A stretch of DNA of 64,000 bases from Octopus sinensis (taxonomy: Eukaryota). Positions 52,344 through 64,000 of the stretch are shown piece by piece. The first letter of the stretch is position 1. Each line of letters begins with the position of its first letter. The translations under genes were made by a program, and so were the position numbers. The notes beneath the pieces are model-generated. The model was not told the origin of the DNA. It did not search any database and saw nothing but the letters and a program-made list of their open reading frames with translations. The stretch is from assembly GCF_006345805.1 (NCBI RefSeq), contig NC_043004.1, positions 100,750,001 through 100,814,000 of the forward strand. The letters are read 5' to 3'.

Positions 52344-54289
52344 AGGGAGAATAATTTTTTCCGCGGAATCTGCAGTGAATTTGCCTTTAGAAGTTAAAAT
52401 ATATCACAAACCTGTTTTAACTAACTTAAAGTCCGTTTATACTCAGATTAATCTGTTCGCTACTCTTGACAGCTAACTGGACTAGCTGGTGGACTCCTGC
52501 TCTGAGACTGAAATATCAACAGGTTTTTCGACTACCAGCTCCTGAAAGCTAGGCAAAGTGTGGCAAAGTAAAATGAAAGGTTTGGACTCTGGATTCATGA
52601 AAAATAATTCAATAGTTAGTCTGCTCGGCCATCTCACCTCTCACATAGTTGGTTTCACACTAATAAGGGAGTTTCCTTTGTGGTCGCTCTACATACAAAA
52701 AATTAGCGGCAAAACCTCCTTCAAATGAGATCTCATTTTTCCAACAAGGAGTGAGCATATAGGCTAAAGTAATCCTGGACGCCCTCAGAATAAGAGCTTT
52801 TCAGGACAATGATATGCCCATAGCTGAAATACCTTTGATCACAATTCTGTTCAGCCATCGCTGACCTACTGCTAAACAACAACAGCAGCTAAAAGTTCCT
52901 GTTTATGGAACACAGTAGACACTGATAAACTGTTGAACCTCATTTAGTGCGGTAGCAGCATTTTAATCTTGTTTGAAGCTAAAAACCATTTGAAGGTGAC
53001 GGCTTTAGATCTATTTCGGCGTCATTTTAATGTCATTGTTGATATAATTGTTGATGCTGCTGTTGATGGTGGAGATGGTGATAGGGGAAGATGTAATTGT
53101 TTTGTTTTAGCTATTTTTACTTTTGTTTCTGCTCTTGTTGGCTTTGTAGGCCTTTTGTTATAATTGACACATTTTGGGGGTTATTGTAGCTGCTGCGGTT
53201 GTTTCACAACCTGGGTTTCTGTTTTACGATGACATTAGGGTCGTTAGGCGTTTGCGTCTTTTCTCATTGGTGGTGGTGGTGGTGGTGTAGGTGGCGATGG
53301 CGCGTATGTTGAGTTTTGTGAGCCTATTTGGTATTGTCTTTTCTGTTTTGTCGTAATTCTGACTGTTACTCTCATTGATGGTCGTACGTATTTGTTAATC
53401 GCCTGTGCGTGTGTATGCGAGGTTGTTGTTGCTGTTTGTTTGTTTGTTTGTTGAGCGAAACGGTCTTCGTCCCTAGTGGGAGAAATCCGAAACGTGGTCC
53501 TTTGCTATTCGTAAGACCCGCAGAAGAGAAAGCAGGTCAACCCCCGACACCGAGAGCATCGACGGATGGATGAATGCGCATCCAGACCCAGCGGTTGCGT
53601 AGGAAGTCGGGGATGTTGTTGCTGTTATTGTTGTTGTTGTTGTTGCTGCTGCTGCTGTTGCCGCTAATGCTGCTAATGCTGCTGCTGCCGCTGTTGTTGT
53701 TGTTGTCGTTATTGTTGTTGTTGTTGTTGTTGTTATTGTTGAGAGTGACCACATTATCATTCAACCACGGTAGTGGTTGAATATATTCTTAAGTCCACCA
53801 TTTCGTCAATCGCAACAGTTTCCAAGCTTTACCACTAATTCAGTTCTCAACTAAATTGCAAACTGTTAACAGTTTTCAAGACGACACCTTCTCAGCTACA
53901 CGTTGGCATAAATAGTTTGAGATTTGGTTCAGTAGAAAAAAAGTTACATCAAAATATCTGCGACCTCAGGGTGGGGTGGCAGTAAAGCACCTATTCACAT
54001 TTGATTAACATAATTTTTTTTTTATTTTGAAATAAAAGTATACATTTCTTAGGCTTAAATGATAGAAAAAATGTACGAGGAATTCAGATTCATTAGTCGC
54101 ATTGAACAATAACTACCAGAGAAAAAGTTATTTGGTGAAATGTGATGAAATTTATTGTCAGTAGGGAAGGAAGGAAGTAAGAAGTAACGCCCCACGCTAT
54201 AATGTTAAGATCAAATTTTCTTTATTCGGCTGTAATATTCTTTAGTGCCACGTGTTTTGTTACAGGTGCCATTGAAAGATATATTTTCA

Positions 54290-56012
54290 TCCACCCCTAG
54301 ATACCTGTAACATTCCTCGTCAGATACAGAGGAAACAGTCAAATCATTGATGGAGATGTTACAAGTCTGGTTTATAGTTTTCCCCGCTTTTCACAAGCAT
54401 TTGGCAACATTTATCCTGGCCAAACTTCAACCCTACATCCATTGAGAATGTTGTAACAAGGTGAAGGCTCTTTTTCATCTCACGCATATTCTTTGCATAA
54501 AGTTTTAAGTCATCCACAAAGAAACAGTGTGTAATTTTGGTATTTCTCTTTCTTTGTGAACCAGTGAGATATTCTGCAGACTTCCTTAACATGAATGCCA
54601 AGGGTATACAGAACGAATAAACAACATCACAAAAAGGCTGTCTCCTTGGAATATACCTTTGCGATACTGTATTCTATCGGTGATAATATAGTCACTCTTT
54701 CAAGATCGTGGCCCACGATGAAGTCAGGTCAGCTATTTCTTTGACTATTCTCACTGGAACTTTAGCAATTTGAAGGGCTTCTAGCATCCACGAGTGGGGA
54801 ACAGAATCAAAGGCTTTCTTGTAGTCTAGCCACATTGAAAGTAGGTTTCTCCTTTACTCTCGCATCTCTGACATCACAGCTTTACTGATTAACAATTGCT
54901 CGGCACATCCCCATACTCCCTTCTTCCCAGCTGCTTGTCCTGCTGTGATGATGTTTTTGAGTTCACAATGATCCTGGAGGAAGAGGTTTAAACATGCTGT
55001 ATATATCTTATACCTTAAGTTCTGGCATGCAATTGGCCGGCAGTTTTTTACCATATGGGTGCTTCTGCATTTGGAGATCAATTCTGTCTCTGCCAGAGCT
55101 AACCTGTGTGGTACGCTAATTTTCCCAATGAAAGCTTGCTGTACAGATTGATAAGATATGGTCGGTAGAATGTTAGCTTCTTGTGCCAATATCCAGCAAT
55201 CAAGTCTCTTCCAGGTGGCTCTCCATCCTGGAGTTTCTGGACCACAGTTACAAGAGTTTCACCATCAATGTTGTATATCTTGGATATAACGCAGGAGCAA
55301 TATTTTTTTTCAGATTTCTTCCAGCCACAGAGCATCTTGGTCAAATTCCTTCTCTTCACTCCAGATTTTTCTCCATAAGGCGTCTATGTCTTCTCTTGAA
55401 GGAGCTTCTGTGATGTTTACTGCTCCTCCTCTCATGTCTCTGTATACTGCTCCCTGGTTACGGTTAAATCTTTTGTTTATTATTCTTCTTTCGGTTATTC
55501 TCTTCTGATGTCGGAGTTTTCCCTGACAGGTTTTAGCCCCTGCATGAGGGTAATCGGTGTGCAAGTGAGTGCCCTCTTTTTACTGTCTCCAAACATTATT
55601 TCTATCTCCTTTACTTTCTGTTGGTGGGTCGTATAGTGATTTGCTTGTTTGCATGCAATAAGCATCATTACATGACTAATGGTCTTCCGTAAACCAGTTA
55701 TCTTTTTCTCTGTCTTCAAAACCCATGATGGTACTTTCTATGTTATTTCGGCTTTGTTTACTTTCTGAATATCATTCATGTACAGTTTTACAGTAGTAGC
55801 CAGAGCATATAAACAGGCGTTAATTTGCCAATATGTAGGTTCATCACACTGTTGCAAGTACTCATCACCAACTTCGTTAACAGATTTTAATACCGTATCT
55901 GATGGTTTTCTACTTACTTTGATAGAGAATATTCTCTCCTCGAGGTAGTACTTCAAAGACAAACTTATTTTTTCTCGGAAACTTTCAGTAAGGGCACGTT
56001 TCACTGGCATAT
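54290..56012 (-). pseudogene. RLE-type non-LTR retrotransposon (R4/Dong-like) RT remnant with frameshifts
   Basis: PPGRDLIAGYW; RPIACQNLRYKIYT; GCAEQLLISKAV; WLDYKKAFDSVPH; GIFQGDSL; HCFFVDDLKLYA; GLKFGQDKC; CYRYLG. Confidence 0.88.
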
Positions 56013-56019
56013 AATCCTG

Positions 56020-56148
<129 letters not shown>

Positions 56149-56776
56149 AATGATCGTTGCAGCTGTACCTGTTATTTCCCATAGTCGTAGTAGGGGAACA
56201 GTGGTCAGTTACATGAACCAGTAATCTAGTTTGGCTGGCAGGTACTACGGAATCTGTTGGAATGTCGCTAGTTGCGAAACCACAGGGTGGTCTTACATCA
56301 TTCATGATTTCGCTTTTGTTTATAGAGTTAGGAAGAAGGTTAATGTTTGATTTTTAAATAAAGTTAGAGTTACTAACCTTCTTTCTATGTTCTACAAATG
56401 TTGCTCGTTGGCGCAGTCACTTCGCAGTAAGATGATTTCATTCTGTGTGTATGTATGTATGTATGTATGTATGATGTATGTATGTATGTATGTATGTATG
56501 TATGTATGCGTGTATGTAAACTGACTACTGTGGCCTTCAGAAACGACAACTAGCATCAACCGAACAAATATAATTATTCTCTGGAAGATGTATCGGATGA
56601 ATTTTTCTCTTTTCTGATATATATATAATGTGTGTATACATGAATATACATTTGTATGTATTAACATACGTAGGTATATGCATATACATATATATATATA
56701 TATACATATATATATGACCCATGTATACGCGTATACTAACATTTATATATTATATATGCGTACACACACACACACG

Positions 56777-56848
<72 letters not shown>

Positions 56849-57483
56849 CATATATATTTATGTATGAATGTATGTATGTATGTATGTAGGTATGTATGAA
56901 TGTATGTATGTATGTATGTACGTATGTAAGCATGTATGTATGTATGAATGTATGTATGTATGTATGTATGTATGTATGTATGTATGTATGTATGAATGTA
57001 TGTATGTATGTATGAATGTATGTATGTATGTATGAATGTATGTATGAATGTATGTATGTATTCATGTATGTATGTATGTATGTGTGTATTGAAGATGAAG
57101 TTTGCTGTCATTTTTGGTTTTGTGCGTTAATGAGAGAATTTATCAATAGAGACACCCTGGAACTACGAGCTCAAGTAAAGGTCAATCGGTATGGAACTGG
57201 TAGGAATACGACACAGAACTGCTGGAACTACGAGGTGCTGTGGACATTCAGGTACAAAATGCCCTAAACGAAATTCTCATTTAAAGGTCACACTATTTGA
57301 GGGTTTCTATTTTTTTGCTCTCTTTCTCTCTTTGGGAAACGGAACGCTTCGTTCGTCGAGCAGCTGGTGTCTGTATACACATACACACACACACGCGGGC
57401 GCACACACACATATGTATATATATATATATATACATATGTGTGTGTATGTTTTTGAGTGTGTGACTGTTTGTACGTGCATCAT

Positions 57484-57528
<45 letters not shown>

Positions 57529-57579
57529 GTGTGTGTGTATGTTTTTGAGTGTGTGACTGTTTGTACGTGCATCATTATA

Positions 57580-57622
<43 letters not shown>

Positions 57623-57634
57623 AAGTATGTATTT

Positions 57635-57685
<51 letters not shown>

Positions 57686-58167
57686 GTATATATACACATA
57701 TATATATATGTATGCGCGTGTGAGTATAAATATATGTGTGTGTGTGTGTGTACATATACATATTATATTATGTATGTCTATATTGCTTATCACTCCGGCA
57801 ATCGATTCGGAAGAGCACATATAAGTAGGCACATGTTCATCAGAGTACATTTCACACAGCATGATCTCTGCACCATAAACGCATGCATGGTATTTCCATA
57901 CCGAGAAACTAAAGAATAATGCATGGAACAAGCTGAAATACACACATGATGTTTATTAGTACCTATACACCTGTATATGTATAGTAATCTGAATGTTTAT
58001 TTACACAAGAGCACGAACAGAGATGTAGCGCTGTAGTTATATGTCTGCATCTATATGTCCATATAATCATGGCATGTATGTATGTATGTATGGTTAATCC
58101 AAACATGAAAATACAAAGAGAAAACACAACAACGCGAGGACGCTCAGGAAAGAAGTAAAGAAGGAGG

Positions 58168-58202
58168 GTTTAACGTTTCGAGCGGAGCTTTTCGTCAGAA
58201 AC
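58168..58202 (-). ncRNA. Minimal hammerhead motif in an inverted PLE pseudo-LTR
   Basis: GTTT CTGACGA A AAGC-TCC-GCTC GAAAC GTT^AAAC. Confidence 0.6.
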
Positions 58203-58559
58203 ATAGGAAAAGGAAAGATCCAAAGAAGGGAAGACGGAGGAAAAAAAGTCGCCAACGGTACACACGCCGTCACATTTTGAATGACCGGAAAGGAATGGTT
58301 GAAGAAAAAGTTCTTTCAAAGACAGGAGAGTGCAAGAGGAGGTATGTGTGTGTAAGTGTGGATATGTGCGTGCGCGCAGGTCTGCGTGTGCGTGTGTGTG
58401 TATGTGTACAATGATAACACGTGTGTGTGTGTGTGTGGTTGTGGTTGTTAATCTATGTGTGTATTTATGTACGTATGTATGTATGTGTGAGTGTGTGTGT
58501 ATGTGCGTGTGCATGTGTTTGTGTGTGTGTGTGTGTGTATGTGTGTGCGTGTGTGTAGA

Positions 58560-59575
58560 CATACATAGCGATGAGGACTTACGCAGCATCATCCACGCCA
58601 AAAGAACCCTACTGTCCAGTAAGGGGTCGGCTTGGGCTAAACGATCTGATCCAGAAGGCTCCTTCGATGTGGCAGTTGGTGCCTCCGACAGTGCTGACGT
58701 ATGTGACCTCGTCGGTTTCTTCATCCTAGATGTATTAAAAAAGGGGATTCTCTTCAACTAGCTTTGGCCTCTAGAGAAATGAGGCGCTGGCAATATTAAG
58801 AAGGGCCAACGGTGACACATTGGATAAGCTCAGAAAGGACCTCACAGGTAACATGAACTCTCTTGGACTGAAAATCACAGTAGGAACCAGCCGGAAAATG
58901 ATAGATTTCTTGGACGTGACCCTGGACTTGGAATCTGGTTCTTGTAGGCCCTTTAGGAAACCAAACTCGAGGCTATCATACATTAACACAGGTTCCTGCC
59001 ATCCAGCCATAGTAGTCAGGAACCTAGTAAAGGGCGTCAGAAGGAGAATCTCCACCTTGCCTTCAAGAAAGAGATATTTGACGCTGCCACTCCGTACCAT
59101 AACCGGGCTCTGGCTGCCAGCAGTTTTAAGGAAAGTATTAATTACATTCCACACCCTACCCAAACTAAGAGAACGCACCACCGGAAAATGTTGTGGTTCA
59201 CGCCGCAGTTCTCTTTAAATGTTAAAACCAGAGTAGGTAAGATCTTCCTTAGATTAGCTGATAAACACTTCTCCCGTCTAAGTAGATTCAACAAAATATT
59301 TAATAGACATACCCTGAGAATATCCTTTAGCTGTACGCCTAGTCTAAAAAAATATTTTAGTAGGTAGCCCCACACTTGAGACAGAAGCAGGATGCTCATG
59401 CAGGAGTAACACAATATGTCCGCTGAACGGCCACTGTAACATTGAGATAGTTGTATATGAAGCAGAGATAACAGCCATTGGCCCCAAGGAACAACCGAAC
59501 GTACAGAAGTATGTGGGAGCAACGGAAGGCTCTTTCGGAACCCGCTGTAACAACCAAATTCCTCCTTCAACAGAA
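58560..59575 (+). pseudogene. Penelope-like element RT + GIY-YIG remnant
   Basis: FDVAVGASDSADVCDLVG; decayed YRDD region; FLDVTLDL..PFRKPN..HP..RRISTL; WFTPQFSLNVKTRVGKIFL..KIFNRHTLRISFSC; CSC-x5-CPLNGHC; VVYEA..KYVGATEGSF..R. Confidence 0.88.
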
Positions 59576-60124
59576 TATACACCAAAGCACCCATGTACAT
59601 ACACGCACATCCCAACAAGGTGGACACCGACCAAACAGACTGTCTTCCACCACCCCAACATATATCCCTTCACACATTGTACCCCCACATACATAACTCT
59701 CCCCCCCCCATACATTATAGATCGCATGCTAACATAACATACCCCCACAACCTTAACAAATACAGAATGAAAACAGACCTACGAACACAATTATATATCA
59801 CTGGAAAAAAGGATACATATGACACCGCTACACACATCAGATACCCTATCCCCACAGGAGCACCACACTTAATAACGGACATATTTCTCACAAACACTTT
59901 ACAGCGAATCCAATCAAGGGACATAACTGGTAACTTAATCCCCTGCCCATTTTTGTTTCGCCATCTTTTTCCCAGCAACCACAATCCGGATGTATCCACT
60001 CACGTCCGACAATAAAGAGCAGTCACCATAATCTCTTCCATAATGGCTAATTCTGATAAGCGTAAGGTTATATAATCGGACTGTTACCTAATACTTCATT
60101 GTATCCCTAGCAAGAAACCTATTG

Positions 60125-60745
60125 GAATGGTTGGAAAATTATTTTTTCCTTCGTAACTAGAGGCTCATGGTTTACATTATGGCATCCAGGCGTCATAGTT
60201 TCTCGAGGTGGCCATTCAGAGCGTACATAATGTTCTGATTTGGCCCTACTCTCCCACTTGCAAAGAAAGCACACAAACTTAGCTTATCCACTTTGTAGCC
60301 CATTAAGTATGGCTACTACTTTCAAGTCCGCACAAATTAGCCACTCATGCTCTTTGTAACTTATGCGGTCTAGAATAAATGTGAGGTTTCCATATGTCTC
60401 TCTTAAAATGACTGAGTGAGTAATTGGAAATGAACTCATGGTGTTCCGAATGAGCAACAGAACCGTTTTTATGCTGTAAAGGGATGCATCTATGAATAAC
60501 TTCCACTCATTTGGCTCATGGTCAGCTCAAGGACATTGAATAGGTCATTAGAATATGTCAAGGTGTTTTCCAAGGTGAATAATTGCCGTAGATCTGCAGA
60601 ACACTTCCAAAATACTGTAATTCAAGCATCTTTATCCAACAGGTTCCATTGTTGCAGACGTGAGGCCAGGACTTCACTCTGTTGCTTAGTAAGTGTTAGA
60701 TCACGAACTAGATCATTGAGTTCAGGTTGAGTGATGACCCAAAAC
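60125..60745 (-). pseudogene. Chapaev3-like (CMC superfamily) transposase remnant
   Basis: ITQPELNDLVRDL..SEVLASRLQQWNLL; EWKLFIDAS..SIKTVLL; HEWLICADLKVVAILNGLQSG*AKFVCFLCKWESRA..HY; EPLV. Family name from recall of the motif, unverified. Confidence 0.75.
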
Positions 60746-62419
60746 AACAATAAAAAATATTGAGTGTACTTTTATAATTTTCATAGGTTAGGTTGACAAA
60801 TACCTTAGGAGCACCCAATTAAAATTATATCCAAACACGTTCATAACTTTTAGAGTTGTCACTTTCAGCCCAATCCTGTTTGTACTCATTTCCTATGGAA
60901 CCATCAGTGTATTTAACGTAAGATGGTAATTTACGAGAAACTGGAGAGTCACAGAAAGAAAGAGATGTTATATTCGTGATCTACACACAAAATACCCCTA
61001 GAAAAGGTTATTCTCATTTCCGTTTTTCTTTTATCATTGTTATACGGTGTAATTAATACAATAATGAACGAGTAAATCAGGTGTCCTGGATAAGCCTTAG
61101 ATAATATGAGAGTTGGTTGGCAGCATACATTTTTTCCTATGAAATGATAAATTGTAACTGTTTTTTTTTAATAAAAAAGAATATAAATCATTGAAAATTT
61201 ATATTTTCTTCTTGCCCCGGTTACACATTTTTTAATGTTGCAATTGCTAATTACTATCTCAAAAATGTATATGATAAAACCGGTTATATTTTTTATGTTT
61301 AGTTTGGAAGAAAACGGAATTTTTAACCTATTATTTCACATTCGGTGTCCACGGATTTATGTATTGTTAATTAGACAATGGAAGGGGGAAGAGAGTATAA
61401 TTTGTAGGTTGTGTTTAGGGTAACACTTGTCTTAAATTCAACCCTGGACCGGATGAAGGTTAAATGTTTTGTCAAGTTGACATGAAAAGTATTTTCAGTA
61501 AAAAGTGAAAGGGTGAACAGAGAGAGCGGGGTAAATTGAGAGAATAATAAGGTCGCCTTCTCATTCAAAACATTACACGGAAGCTATTTCTGAGTCAAGC
61601 ATTTAAAACTGTGACCTTATAACCAGCAACGATTAAAGATGGGTCATTCAGCACACGTATACGCACACACATATATATACGAGTGTGGATGTGTCTGTAT
61701 GTGAATATGTATAGATAAATGCGTTAATACGACGTTTCGTATACATATATACAATATGATCAAAGACAGGAAAATAAGCAATGGGTTTATATGCATTATA
61801 ACCACCCATGAATATACACCTTTTAGCTATAGTGCACTATCATCAATACCCCATCCAACCTAATGGCAACGTACAAGCGCATTGCTAATATAGCCACTAA
61901 GTTTATCGGTGTAATTCTATTGAATAGACTAATTTACATATCAAACTCATTCCAGGCAACTTGCAACATGAATATTAATTACTAGCAATGACACAGAAGT
62001 TTCTTTGGCAACCATGATATACAACCAAGTATATTAAAGGTCTACACGTCAAGACTGTGTTGCTTTTTGTATTAGCAGTCCGATGGTCTCGGTTCTTAAG
62101 TTTAGCTCCACTGTTTTCCCATACAGCTCAGAGCCAGCATTGAAAGTTACGAGGTTTCGTATACGAGTACGCTTACGTAAACAATGCATATACAGCCATT
62201 TATATAATGGGTGCACATGCATATTTAAAAAGAGTTGTTGAAATTACCTATTTTTTCTATTTTGGATTGTACGTTACTTTATTTACAAATACTTGAACTA
62301 ATTGTTTACCACAAATGTGCCAGTCCCCATCCCAAAAACCCTGCGCTCTGTGTGCGTATCTCTTTGTACAAAGGGACATCGATGCATGCGAACTTATGCA
62401 TTTATATATATATGTTAAC

Positions 62420-62450
<31 letters not shown>

Positions 62451-62653
62451 TAATAATAATAATATAATAATAATAATAATAAAATGACAACAAAAGAATG
62501 AGACATCGGTATTATGTAAATAGACGAATATATATATATATATAATATATATATATATATAAATATTATTAGAGACAAAACCACTATTTTGCAAAACAAA
62601 CAAGGAAAGACTTAATCAATACATAAAATTTTAATAAATAGTCAAAAAAACCG

Positions 62654-62695
62654 CCACTACAATCGTTTCTTGTCTGATCGACAATCTTCAGGTGG
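62654..62695 (-). ncRNA. Minimal type-I hammerhead with intact canonical core
   Basis: CCAC CTGAAGA TTGTC-GATCA-GACAA GAAAC GATT GTA^GTGG. Confidence 0.75.
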
Positions 62696-62811
62696 ACTTC
62701 CAATCTAAAAAATCAAAATTTTAAAATATAAAATTATAATTTTAAATAATTAAAGTATAAATGAAAAAATATAAGTATATAATCCATATATAACCTATAT
62801 ATAATCCATAT

Positions 62812-63690
62812 CGAAAATATAGACAAATTACCACGAATCCCTAAAAAAAACCATGATAAAACAAAACTCTTAAAAATAATAACGATAAAATCTCCCTTTC
62901 CTAACTCTAAAACAAACTATATAGTATCCCCCTAACCTAAACATTCACACACAAATACACACACGTAAACCACAGACCCACGACTTAGACACATACCTAT
63001 ACTAACTTATAAACCTCAATATACACCAAAACCCACTCCCTCCCCACACAGACAAATTAACACATACATCCCAAAACCTAAATAACAAACCCATATACAC
63101 ATTCACACACAACACACACACACACGCAAAACACGCAAAACACAACAGATATATAACTCCCTCACATATACGCCATCCATACTCACTAAACTCGACATAT
63201 ACAACAATACTTACACACCACAAAAATCATTAAATACATTTATTAGCTTTAACTCACCTTAGCAGCTCTAACAAACAACTTGCAGTAACCCAATCCCATT
63301 CTCTATGCCTACCTCACTACTACACTATTCCATTCACAATTCCAAGCAACACTAGTCCACCACCCGGTTATTCACGTGCAAAACGAACACCACTCAAATT
63401 ATGAATGAAACAATGTAAAAAATAACCAACATCGAAAATAGACAAATTACCACGAATTACCTAAAAAAAACCATGATAAACCAAAAACTCATAAAGCATA
63501 TAACGATAAAATCTCCCTTGCTAAACCCTATAACAAACTTAAATAGCAATCCCCCTAACCAAACATTCACACACAAATACACACACGTAAACCACTGTAC
63601 TTGGGATTGCATGTGAGCCTCAGCATATGCACCTAACGGCCACTCCCGCCCCACATGGATAAATAAACACATACATCCCCAAAATGGGAG
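62812..63690. repeat. Diverged direct repeat (62812-63080 vs 63433-63690) in a strongly A/C-skewed tract; probable PLE partial tandem
   Basis: CGAAAATA(TA)GACAAATTACCACGAAT..CACACAAATACACACACGTAAACCAC shared by both copies. Confidence 0.75.
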
Positions 63691-64000
63691 AGTAATCCAT
63701 TCACACCAATTGTATATAATTATACACACTAGAATAATACATAACTAACCCAAATATACAGAACATACTAATAATCACCAACTAACCACCATCATAAATG
63801 AAACCCACACCCATACAATGACAAAAACTCCCCCCCATACCCTATTACACCCCACATAGTAATCCCAATATATTCATCCATACATGGACGCAAGTGCGTG
63901 AAGCACATGCACATAAATAGTACGTACAACCCCTAATACACACTAATATATACGTATCAAGCTCGACCTCCACAGCGATACGTTTACAACCACTCACACC

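Overview
AT-rich, repeat-saturated eukaryotic (animal) DNA. The dense di/tri/tetranucleotide microsatellites and the tRNA-headed SINE families look like an octopus (coleoid cephalopod) genome; this is inferred by pattern recognition, not a database hit. I recognise no intact host protein-coding gene, and most ORF-track entries are microsatellite read-throughs or antisense frames of repeats. The window holds more than 25 SINE copies or fragments and decayed non-LTR retrotransposons (two R4/Dong-like, one HERO-like, two RTE-like, one CR1/L2-like). It also holds DNA transposon relics (mariner, Tc1, pogo-like MITE, Chapaev3-like, Helitron helicase, non-autonomous Helitron, Helentron-type HINE) and several Penelope-like element (PLE) relics. 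There is one 100-N gap at 40268-40367. The most interesting layer is non-coding: about seven minimal type-I hammerhead-ribozyme motifs in pseudo-LTR-like or fold-back inserts, several sitting in (TA)n tracts. Four carry a C at core position 4 (CCGA/TCGA rather than CUGA). One lies in an ORF-less ~0.49-kb unit with 62-bp terminal repeats and an inverted, circularly permuted partner copy (49975-50913), resembling a retrozyme.
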